Position numbers and translations under genes: made by a program | Assembly: GCA_963977445.1 (NCBI GenBank) | Contig: CAXBPH010000037.1 | Location: 1-37,094, forward strand | From: an uncultured bacterium | GTDB lineage: Bacteria; Hydrogenedentota; Hydrogenedentia; Hydrogenedentales; JAEUWI01 | Direction: 5' to 3' | Length of the DNA stretch: 37,094 nt | In this document: positions 1 through 7,061 of the stretch, piece after piece | Layout: each line of letters opens with the position of its first letter | Numbering within the stretch: the stretch's first letter is position 1 | The notes under the pieces: model-generated | Told to the model about the DNA's origin: nothing | The model's input: only the letters and a program-made list of their open reading frames with translations | Databases searched by the model: none

Positions 1-1461
1 GCCCTGACCGCCGCCACCGAAGCCGCCGCCGCCCTGACCACCACCCTGGCCACCACGACCGCCACCCTGGCCACCACGACCGCCACCCTGGCCACCACCA
101 AGACCGGCAACGGAACCCAGAACGATTTTGAACAGGGTCTCTGCGCCTGCATTGCGCAGTTCATAGTAGCGCGTCTCTACTTCTTCAAACGATTCGCGCT
201 GAATAATTGAAGGCTTGCTGATGAACAAGAAGCCCGGCTCGATGGAGTAGGTAAGCCCAAGAGGACGGAGGATCGCTTTGAGCGCGTCACCCAAGGCGGC
301 GTCTTTCAGGTTAATATAGGGAATCATGCCATCGCTTTTGCCGCCATAGAATCCTTCTATGTCTTCGTTAGCGAAATTACTCGTCCCATTGACACCCAGA
401 CCTCCACCGAAGTTTGGCCCGCCGCCCTCTTCGAGGTCACGGGAGGACGTAGTACGACGGTTCTGACGACCACCACGGCCAGCTGGAGCTGCCCCTGGAA
501 AGGCACCGGGCGCACCGGGAAAGGCACCGGGTGCACCGGGAAATCCACCGGGAACACCACCGGCCGCATTTTCTTTCGGCTGGGGCTCAATGGCACGCTT
601 GTCAATAACAACATTCAGTTCGAAGCTATCTTGAATGAATTCCATCACGTCTTTGATGTGAATTTCTTCAAATTCGATATTAACCGGTGACTGGAGAGTC
701 TTTTCCATCACGGTCTCTTCGTGCTCTTCTTCAAACGTTTCTTCTATTTCTGGCACACGAAAGATATAGTTCTTGATGCCCTTCGGATCGGCACCCTCAG
801 GCAATTGCTTTGCCTGCTCGATGTATCGCCGAATACGCTCGCTGTCCGTCTCGACCTGACGCACTTCGTCGGTCATGTTCTCACGGCTCTGCGCCAGAGC
901 AGCAGTGTGCTGCCCCTCTTTGGCTTCCTTATTATCCGGATCCAACTGCAGCACGTGGGTATAGATCTCCAGTGCTTGCGTGTAGAAATGGTTTTCCAGA
1001 TAGAGCTTGGCATATTTGAGGTGTTCTTTGACGCGAACACGCTTCAACTCATCGGGAGACAGGCCAGGGGTTTCCCCGCCGCTACCGATGGACTCTGGAT
1101 CATAGGTTTCGAAGATTGGAACCGTACCAGGGTCACTGCCTACCGCTTCAAGCGCAATCTTCCCACGGCACTTCTCGAGAAATTTCTTCGCTTCCTCGTA
1201 GTCCGGCTGCAGCGCGAGCGCTCGATTGAACTCCGTTTGCGCCTCTCGATAGCGGTCGCTTTTATAAAAGTCGACCCCCGTTCGAAACGCTTCTTCCGCC
1301 GGGGAGGTTGTTACCGCCTGGGCCAGAACAATCTGTGCGTTGGGTGTTGACGTTACTGCCGTATCGCTGCGCTGCAGCCCTTGGGCAACCAAGGGCATGA
1401 TCAGCACCATGGGTGACAGCATCCAACCCCATGTGTTGGCCCGAATATAGCCGTTCTTCAT
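1..1461 (-). CDS. Probable secretin (PilQ/GspD family), N-terminal 487 aa; truncated at the left window edge
   Basis: Not in the ORF track. I translated it by hand from ATG 1461 (upstream GGAAGGAAG), and it stays open to position 1. It begins MKNGYIRANTWGWMLSPMVLIMPLVAQG (signal-like). It has two TPR-like segments (FRTGVDFYKSDRYREAQTEFNRALALQPDYEEAKKFL; AKLYLENHFYTQALEIYTHVLQLDPDNKEAKEG) and a split STN/N0-like segment (LQSPVNIEFEEIHIKDVMEFIQDSFELNVVID...INLKDAALGDALKAILRPLGLTYSIEPGFLFIS...ETRYYELR). It follows pilMN-O-P-like genes. The secretin core would lie outside the window. Confidence 0.75.
   Translation of the reverse strand, partial: MKNGYIRANTWGWMLSPMVLIMPLVAQGLQRSDTAVTSTPNAQIVLAQAVTTSPAEEAFRTGVDFYKSDRYREAQTEFNRALALQPDYEEAKKFLEKCRGKIALEAVGSDPGTVPIFETYDPESIGSGGETPGLSPDELKRVRVKEHLKYAKLYLENHFYTQALEIYTHVLQLDPDNKEAKEGQHTAALAQSRENMTDEVRQVETDSERIRRYIEQAKQLPEGADPKGIKNYIFRVPEIEETFEEEHEETVMEKTLQSPVNIEFEEIHIKDVMEFIQDSFELNVVIDKRAIEPQPKENAAGGVPGGFPGAPGAFPGAPGAFPGAAPAGRGGRQNRRTTSSRDLEEGGGPNFGGGLGVNGTSNFANEDIEGFYGGKSDGMIPYINLKDAALGDALKAILRPLGLTYSIEPGFLFISKPSIIQRESFEEVETRYYELRNAGAETLFKIVLGSVAGLGGGQGGGRGGQGGGRGGQGGGQGGGGFGGGGQG
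41..98. repeat. 21-bp coding tandem repeat (~2.8 copies) encoding GGRGGQG in the secretin-like ORF
   Basis: ccaccctggccaccacgaccg at 41-61 and 62-82, with a partial copy at 83-98. Confidence 0.9.
497..559. repeat. 21-bp coding tandem repeat (3 imperfect copies) encoding PGAPGAF-type heptapeptides
   Basis: ggaaaggcaccgggcgcaccg / ggaaaggcaccgggtgcaccg / ggaaatccaccgggaacacca. Confidence 0.85.
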
Positions 1462-1529
1462 TACCGTGTCTTCCTTCCGCTTTTTTCTCAGCACTATACC
1501 GTAATGCTCTGATTTGTCGCAAGCACTGG

Positions 1530-2015
1530 CTACTGTTCTATCTCAAGGGTAATTGATGTCGCAAATCGTTCTGCGTAAACATCAACCGTTTGGTCTTCCG
1601 GATTGATTTTCTCCAGGGTAAATTCTTCAAAACTCTCCCCTTCGTTATACCATTTGGGTGTCTTCGTTCTTAACTGAGCGCGCCATTTGGTGTCACTTAT
1701 TTTTTGTATCTGAATTAGATGAATGCCGACTTCTTCTGCGGTCAGTCGATTGCTTCCATCCAACTTGGCATCTGAATAGTAGGACAAGGGGTTCCGGCGA
1801 TACAATGACTCGTAGCTGCCCGGGGCATCACCTCGGCGTGGTTCGGGCAATTCTGCCTGGGGGGGGGTACCAAGGCGAGCCTGAACGGTAAGTTGTTCTA
1901 CTTTTGGATCAAAGATTTTGTAGATGTTGACCGCGAGAAAGCCCAGTAAAATTACCAAGACAAACCGTTCTTTCAACAGCCAAAGCCTTTTGAAAAATTT
2001 TTGTATCGTATCCAA
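1530..2015 (-). CDS. Membrane-anchored PilP/GspC(HR)-like protein, 161 aa
   Basis: Has an N-terminal hydrophobic segment, a Pro-rich linker, an RNPLSYY (RnPF-like) motif and a C-terminal beta-rich segment (WYNEGESFEEFTLEKINPEDQTVDV). It lies between the pilO-like gene and the secretin-like gene and has no lipobox Cys. Confidence 0.5.
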   Translation of the reverse strand: MDTIQKFFKRLWLLKERFVLVILLGFLAVNIYKIFDPKVEQLTVQARLGTPPQAELPEPRRGDAPGSYESLYRRNPLSYYSDAKLDGSNRLTAEEVGIHLIQIQKISDTKWRAQLRTKTPKWYNEGESFEEFTLEKINPEDQTVDVYAERFATSITLEIEQ

Positions 2016-2066
2016 TTCGCTAGACCTGCCTTATCTGGTGTCGTACGAAGTCGTTTGCCTGCTCGT

Positions 2067-3074
2067 CTATTTCATGAACAGGACGGTGTGCTTAAACCAG
2101 CGCCATCCTTTGGCTATCGTTCCTGGCTCATTGAGAGGCACCCGTCGGGGGTTGCCCTCTTCATCATCAATACTCAGATTGCTCTGTGCGACTTGCCCTA
2201 TGAGCTGGGTATTGTATACCGATTCTGCGTTGGGCGCTACATCTGTACCACCCGGGGTTTTCGTCTCGGTCGTGTGCGCACGCAACAAGTACATATCTAC
2301 CCGCAATCGGGGCTCGTAACGAGCGGCTACGTAAGGGTGTCGAATTTTCAAGCCTGCAAGGCTGTAATAAGAGTCTTCGCTTCGAAGTTTTTCAAGAAAT
2401 GTTACCAGTGGCTTCATTTCCATTGTAAAGGAAAGCCCAAGTCGGACATAGTCTACGCCCTTCCCGACAAATCCCGAGCTCCCGATGTCCAGCATGTCTA
2501 CGTGAAGAATTTGCTGGGCATCGTTGTTCATCAACAGCTCATACGCTGAGATACCGTAGCTCAACCGTTCCAGCTCTTCGTTTACCAATTTCGCCGAAAT
2601 ATCCAGGCCCTGCCAATCCTCTGCGTAGGTCACGTTCAACGTGCTTTGCAGATTCGTGGGAAATCCTTCGGGCATATTCTGATATACGGTCGCGCCGTAG
2701 GTCTTCTGCGCTTTCTCCCAAAGCCCCTTCACCAACTCCCGACTTTCGTCACCATACCAGAACTGGAGGATAAACACATCATCCGGCGGTGTTTCATGAA
2801 TGCGCCAGTCCCCATCGGTGAAGTAGGGCACGCGAACTTCAATGGCTTCATTCCAGGCTTCCACTTTGCCTTTGTGATCTACAATCACATCTTCAGGCGC
2901 GGCGTCACCAAAGGTTGTACGCAAATTGCCGTTGGTCGTATTCAGGGATGCCAGAAGCTCGCGATTTCTCGCGTATTCCTCTAGTTTCGCAGCGAAGTAG
3001 AATTGGTACACAAGAAAGACACCAAGAAAAACCAGGCCAAGGATACCAACATATATTAGTTTCTCTTTTTTCAT
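2067..3074 (-). CDS. PilO/GspM-like alignment protein, 335 aa
   Basis: N-terminal TM helix, then a helical region, then a PilO-like C-terminal pattern (LGLSFTMEMKPLVTFLEKLRSEDSYYSLAGLKI). Directly follows the pilM-pilN fusion. Confidence 0.55.
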   Translation of the reverse strand: MKKEKLIYVGILGLVFLGVFLVYQFYFAAKLEEYARNRELLASLNTTNGNLRTTFGDAAPEDVIVDHKGKVEAWNEAIEVRVPYFTDGDWRIHETPPDDVFILQFWYGDESRELVKGLWEKAQKTYGATVYQNMPEGFPTNLQSTLNVTYAEDWQGLDISAKLVNEELERLSYGISAYELLMNNDAQQILHVDMLDIGSSGFVGKGVDYVRLGLSFTMEMKPLVTFLEKLRSEDSYYSLAGLKIRHPYVAARYEPRLRVDMYLLRAHTTETKTPGGTDVAPNAESVYNTQLIGQVAQSNLSIDDEEGNPRRVPLNEPGTIAKGWRWFKHTVLFMK

Positions 3075-3079
3075 AGCGA

Positions 3080-5320
3080 CTACCGCCCCTCTTTCTTGTC
3101 TCTGAGGCTCTTACGGGAACCGCCAGCGGGTCTAGCTTGCCCTCCTCGCTTCGATCCTGGTTCAACAACGGGCAGAATGGGCGCTTTCGGTACCGCTTCG
3201 TAAAAGCTACCTTCAAACTCTATGCTGACTTCGAAAGAGTAAATACTGTTCTCTTCCGTTGGGACGTAATCTTGCCGACCGAGTGATTGAGCCGATTCCG
3301 GGTCAGTCCACGCGTCATTCAAAGTGCTGCGATCAACGCGCAACACACTGGCTTCACTAAAGTGGACCTTCTTCGCCTTCAGCGGCTCACCATTGGCCTG
3401 CGTGCGCTCCTGCTCTTTGAGCGTCTCTACGAAACGCTGAATGACATCCCCGGATTTGGCAAAGCCCGTGATCCGGACGCCATTGGGCCGGGAAAACTCC
3501 TGGAGGCCTGCGGCGGGACCTGATCGTGAGCTCCGACCACCAAAACCTTCGTCTTCTTCGTCATCTCGGTCTCTGCGACCGCCACCAAAGCCACCGCCAC
3601 CAAAACCACCACCGCTACTGCGGTAGCCGATGGTGCCACCGACCGGGCCGGACAACGCCGGAAATCCCGTGCTGAGAATGGCTTCTTCAAGGGCACCTGG
3701 TCCACCAGCACGCTGAATTGCAGAGGCGGGGGTTCCGCCACCCAATCGACCTAATTTCCCAAGGCCACCAAATAAACCCGCATCTTCATCGTCTTCGTCG
3801 ATACTTCGGACACTTCTCCGTGGAGCAATCACGGCCGGATCACCAATGCTGGAGGTTTCGACCGCCGAGAACCACATCTTTTCCGGGCGCGCGTCGTTTA
3901 CAAAGGCAAACTCTTCGAGCCAGAATTTACGGAAGAGTTTCTCGTCGTCGTAATCTTTGACCTTGGCCTTCCGCTGATCGATTTCAGCCTTTACCGCCCG
4001 AAACCGCGCAAGCTTGTCGGATTGGGGCACGGTCGTACTGCCAGGTTGTATTTTCAGAACGAGTTCCGGGTCGTATTTGCTGATTTGGGTCTTCACCCGT
4101 GCGACTTCCGCCTGAACGCGCTCATCTTCTTTCGCTTTCTGGGGAATAATACACGCCATGGTCAAAGCCAGGGACACAATAGAAAGCCCCCAATAGAATG
4201 CCGCCTCGCGACGTCGCGTCGCTTCCAGCACCCGCGGGGGAATCAGATTGATTTCAATGGCCACCTTTTGCTGGCAGCGTAGCGCCATACCCAGTGCCAC
4301 GCAGGCCTGCTCGGGCTGATCGCTTACTGCCTGACCATCCGGCGCCACCGCGAGTCCGGCCAGGGGCTGTGCGATACGAACCTCCAGGCCCAGTTGGCGC
4401 TGCATGTAGGGCACAATATTGCGGAGACAGGCACCGCCACCACAAAGGATGACCCGGTTGACCTGGCCGCCACCGGGCAAGGACCGGAAATAGGCAAAGG
4501 AGCGCATGACCTCAGAAACGAGGCGCTGGAGCACGTTGCCGATAACCTCACCACCCTGGCCATCCGTTGCGGGATCACCCGTCGGGGCAAAGCCACGCTC
4601 CCGCTTGACCCGTTCTGCATCGGTGAAATTCTGATTAAACGCCGAGCCAATGGCAAGGGTAATATCATTACCACCGATATTCAGTGGGCGGGTAAACCGA
4701 AACTGGCCTTCGCGCTCAATTACAATGTCGGTCGTGGCGGCACCAATGTCTATCAGGGCAACACATTCGCCAGATTCACCAAACTCACCCGTATGCTTCA
4801 GCCAGTTATAGGCCGCCAGGGGGTTTACATCGGCGATGTCGATGTTGCGCTTTGAAGAGTGCAGCACCTCCACCAGCTTGTCGACCACATCCACCTTGAT
4901 GGCCGCCATCATTACTTCATAGCCACCCGCTTCTGTGCGGCCGAGTATCTGATAGTCCATCGCGATCTGGTCCAACGAGAAAGGAATCTGTTGTTGGATT
5001 TCATAACGGACGATCTGACTGACTTTATATTCTGGCACGGGAGGCAGGGCACGGCTTCGTGTGAACACCGATTGACCCGGTACACCGAATATAGTCTTAC
5101 GGGTCCTGACCTTGGCCTCTTTCAGCAGATCAGCCAACGCTTTCTCGCGTATGGCCTTCCGCTCTGCCTCGTCCAACGCAGGATCGGAGTTATACTCCCG
5201 CTGGTAATATTTTACCAGCTGGTGGCCTGTTTTGGTTTGAGCAAGTTCAGCCAGACGTATGGCGCTCGCGCCAATGTCCAGGACCAATCGCTTCTTTTTT
5301 TCACCAGTCATTCCAGCCAT
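3080..5320 (-). CDS. pilM: Type IV pilus assembly protein PilM fused to a PilN-like TM/periplasmic domain (~746 aa)
   Basis: Actin-like ATPase motifs LDIGASAIR, IDIGAATT, NIGGNDIT and ILCGGGA, plus the PilM signature QQIPFSLDQIAMDYQIL. These run into the PilN N-terminal motif INLIP, a TM helix, a coiled coil and PilN-like WLEEFAFVNDARPEKMWF...ITGFAKS...FVETL. Start trimmed to ATG 5320. Confidence 0.9.
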   Translation of the reverse strand: MAGMTGEKKKRLVLDIGASAIRLAELAQTKTGHQLVKYYQREYNSDPALDEAERKAIREKALADLLKEAKVRTRKTIFGVPGQSVFTRSRALPPVPEYKVSQIVRYEIQQQIPFSLDQIAMDYQILGRTEAGGYEVMMAAIKVDVVDKLVEVLHSSKRNIDIADVNPLAAYNWLKHTGEFGESGECVALIDIGAATTDIVIEREGQFRFTRPLNIGGNDITLAIGSAFNQNFTDAERVKRERGFAPTGDPATDGQGGEVIGNVLQRLVSEVMRSFAYFRSLPGGGQVNRVILCGGGACLRNIVPYMQRQLGLEVRIAQPLAGLAVAPDGQAVSDQPEQACVALGMALRCQQKVAIEINLIPPRVLEATRRREAAFYWGLSIVSLALTMACIIPQKAKEDERVQAEVARVKTQISKYDPELVLKIQPGSTTVPQSDKLARFRAVKAEIDQRKAKVKDYDDEKLFRKFWLEEFAFVNDARPEKMWFSAVETSSIGDPAVIAPRRSVRSIDEDDEDAGLFGGLGKLGRLGGGTPASAIQRAGGPGALEEAILSTGFPALSGPVGGTIGYRSSGGGFGGGGFGGGRRDRDDEEDEGFGGRSSRSGPAAGLQEFSRPNGVRITGFAKSGDVIQRFVETLKEQERTQANGEPLKAKKVHFSEASVLRVDRSTLNDAWTDPESAQSLGRQDYVPTEENSIYSFEVSIEFEGSFYEAVPKAPILPVVEPGSKRGGQARPAGGSRKSLRDKKEGR

Positions 5321-5467
5321 CGTATACCTATGTTCCCATACCCCCAGACGCAACACGCCTTGTCCGTCGTCAAGGCCTTTTTACTGTGCTGAATCGGTCC
5401 AATCCGCTCCGAAGGTAAATAGTGTTAATATTCCTATTTCCCAATATAGCGTAAACCCTTGTGCGTT

Positions 5468-5496
5468 ATTGTAGTATACACTTAAATTCTTGTCAA
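5468..5496 (-). promoter_or_regulatory. sigma70-type promoter upstream of pilM
   Basis: Minus-strand TTGACA (5496-5491), 17-nt spacer, TACAAT (5473-5468), in an AT-rich intergenic region. Confidence 0.65.
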
Positions 5497-5519
5497 GGCC
5501 CCCTTCACTTTGACAAGAA
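5487..5519. promoter_or_regulatory. 10-bp perfect inverted repeat overlapping the pilM -35 box (operator or terminator hairpin)
   Basis: ttcttgtcaa (5487-5496), N13, ttgacaagaa (5510-5519); lies just downstream of the FGE-fold gene stop. Confidence 0.5.
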
Positions 5520-5530
5520 ATTACCTACAC

Positions 5531-6931
5531 TCAGGGTTTCTGTAATGTCAGTGCACAACGAAAGCCATAATCAGTACGCACTGCAGATACCTTATCATAG
5601 TGACGCTTCGAACAACGAACGTCGAAACGTTCTGACCGGAAGCTCCCTCCCCGGAGCACCCGGAAGACCTGTCCATAATCCTTCGTCACAATCGTATTTC
5701 CAGGGTACGCCTGATACCAATCCTGCGTCCACTCGTATACATTGCCTGCCATATCCACGCAATCATAGAAGGATATGCCCTTGATGTTCGCTCCACGCCC
5801 CACCGGATAACTCACCCCCGCCGACGCCGTGGTGCACAAGCTCGAATCGAATTCGTTCCCCCACGGGTACTCCAGCCCCTTGGGGCCGCGCGCCGCCTTC
5901 TCCCACTCCAACTCCGTCGGCAACCGTTTTCCCACCGCCTGTGCGTAGTCTACGGCCTGCGTCCACGTAATACCAACTGCAGGAAAGTTTTCCCGGCCCT
6001 GTGCAAACTCATGCTCCAGAAAGACTTCCTTGAATTCTGCGTTAGTAACCTCGTATTTGTCAATGTAAAAGTCTGGAATATCAATCTCTGCCTGAGGCCG
6101 CTCGTCGGGAGCCCGCTCTGAACCCCGTATAAAGGGCCCTGCAGGCACAAACACCATCCCCGCAGGCACATTCCCTTCCCGCATCTCCAACTCCAGCCGA
6201 ATATCACTATTGGGCGTTACCGAGACCTTCTCCCCCTTCATTACATGACCCGCCGTGTGCACGTCCACAATATATTCCCCCGGGACCAGGGTAAATTCTT
6301 TCGGCGTCAATCCCGCCTGCTTCGATCCACTCAGCCAGATTTCCGCACCCGTCGGCCGCGACGTCACCAGCACCCTCCCCTCCTGGGGCTTCAACTGAAT
6401 CGACGTATTGAGGCCATATTGGTGATCGGCCCGCACCTCGAACGGTTCGGCAAAATAGGGATAGTAGTTTTCAAGGCGCACCTGGTAGCTATGCATGCCC
6501 ATGGGCAAGGGGAATTTTTTGATAGGCGTCTGGCCAATCCGTTCCCCGTCATCCAGGATAACATCCGCACCCGGTGGCGTCGACGTAACCGATATATAGC
6601 CCACCAGCCGCTCCATCTCAATGACGAATGATTGGGGCGGTCCCATCTCCAGGGTGATCTGATCAGACGTGTCGCGATAGCCCTCCCGCTTCAGCAGGAG
6701 TGTCACCGGACCCACCGGCAAACCTGTAATGGTTGCAGGGGTCGTCTCCTCAATCCCACCAGCTATCAACACGGTTGCTCCCGACTCCGGTGCGCTGTCG
6801 ATAGTCACGACAGTCATCTCCGACTCTCCACACCCACCCGACACCAGCCCGACCAGCAGAAGGATACACGGCATCACTATACGCGCAAAACGAACGCGCC
6901 CAGTCTCCACCTTGTCTTCCATCAGCCCCAT
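5531..6931 (-). CDS. PEGA-repeat / FGE-sulfatase (SUMF1)-fold protein, possibly a lipoprotein, 466 aa
   Basis: Hydrophobic leader ending LVSGGC. Three PEGA-like units (VTIDSAPESGATVLI, ISVTSTPPGADVILD, VLVTSRPTGAEIWLS). C-terminal FGE motifs MVFVPAGPF, FYIDKYEVTNAEF, KRLPTELEWEKAARG, YPWG, DMAGNVYEWT, RVLRGGSF and GFRC. Confidence 0.9.
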   Translation of the reverse strand: MGLMEDKVETGRVRFARIVMPCILLLVGLVSGGCGESEMTVVTIDSAPESGATVLIAGGIEETTPATITGLPVGPVTLLLKREGYRDTSDQITLEMGPPQSFVIEMERLVGYISVTSTPPGADVILDDGERIGQTPIKKFPLPMGMHSYQVRLENYYPYFAEPFEVRADHQYGLNTSIQLKPQEGRVLVTSRPTGAEIWLSGSKQAGLTPKEFTLVPGEYIVDVHTAGHVMKGEKVSVTPNSDIRLELEMREGNVPAGMVFVPAGPFIRGSERAPDERPQAEIDIPDFYIDKYEVTNAEFKEVFLEHEFAQGRENFPAVGITWTQAVDYAQAVGKRLPTELEWEKAARGPKGLEYPWGNEFDSSLCTTASAGVSYPVGRGANIKGISFYDCVDMAGNVYEWTQDWYQAYPGNTIVTKDYGQVFRVLRGGSFRSERFDVRCSKRHYDKVSAVRTDYGFRCALTLQKP

Positions 6932-7061
6932 CGAGCCACCCCGTCCTGTCTACTACCCAACGGGCAGAGTCCAGACGCGCATCCCATACAAGGCACGCGT
7001 CTCCCACAAGTACCGCCATAGTTTTTCCATTATAGACCATAACTGGAAAAAATACACCCCC

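Noticed and set aside
41..559. Short tandem repeats as a CRISPR array
   Set aside because: No spacers; the units are multiples of 3 within a coding frame; no cas genes
357..1522. Track ORFs 357-614 and 1262-1522 on the minus strand
   Set aside because: They are out-of-frame overlaps of the secretin-like ORF 1-1461
5531..5680. FGE/CLec C-terminus as a diversity-generating retroelement variable region
   Set aside because: The fold is a known DGR target type, but I saw no template repeat or reverse transcriptase in the window; a remote DGR cannot be excluded
5531..6931. Active formylglycine-generating enzyme
   Set aside because: The catalytic CxxxxC after RGGS is absent and no sulfatase gene is nearby
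6970..7057. Possible promoter (minus-strand TATAAT at 7034-7029) and short inverted repeats upstream of the FGE-fold gene
   Set aside because: No credible -35 box and the stems are only 7-8 bp; too weak to call
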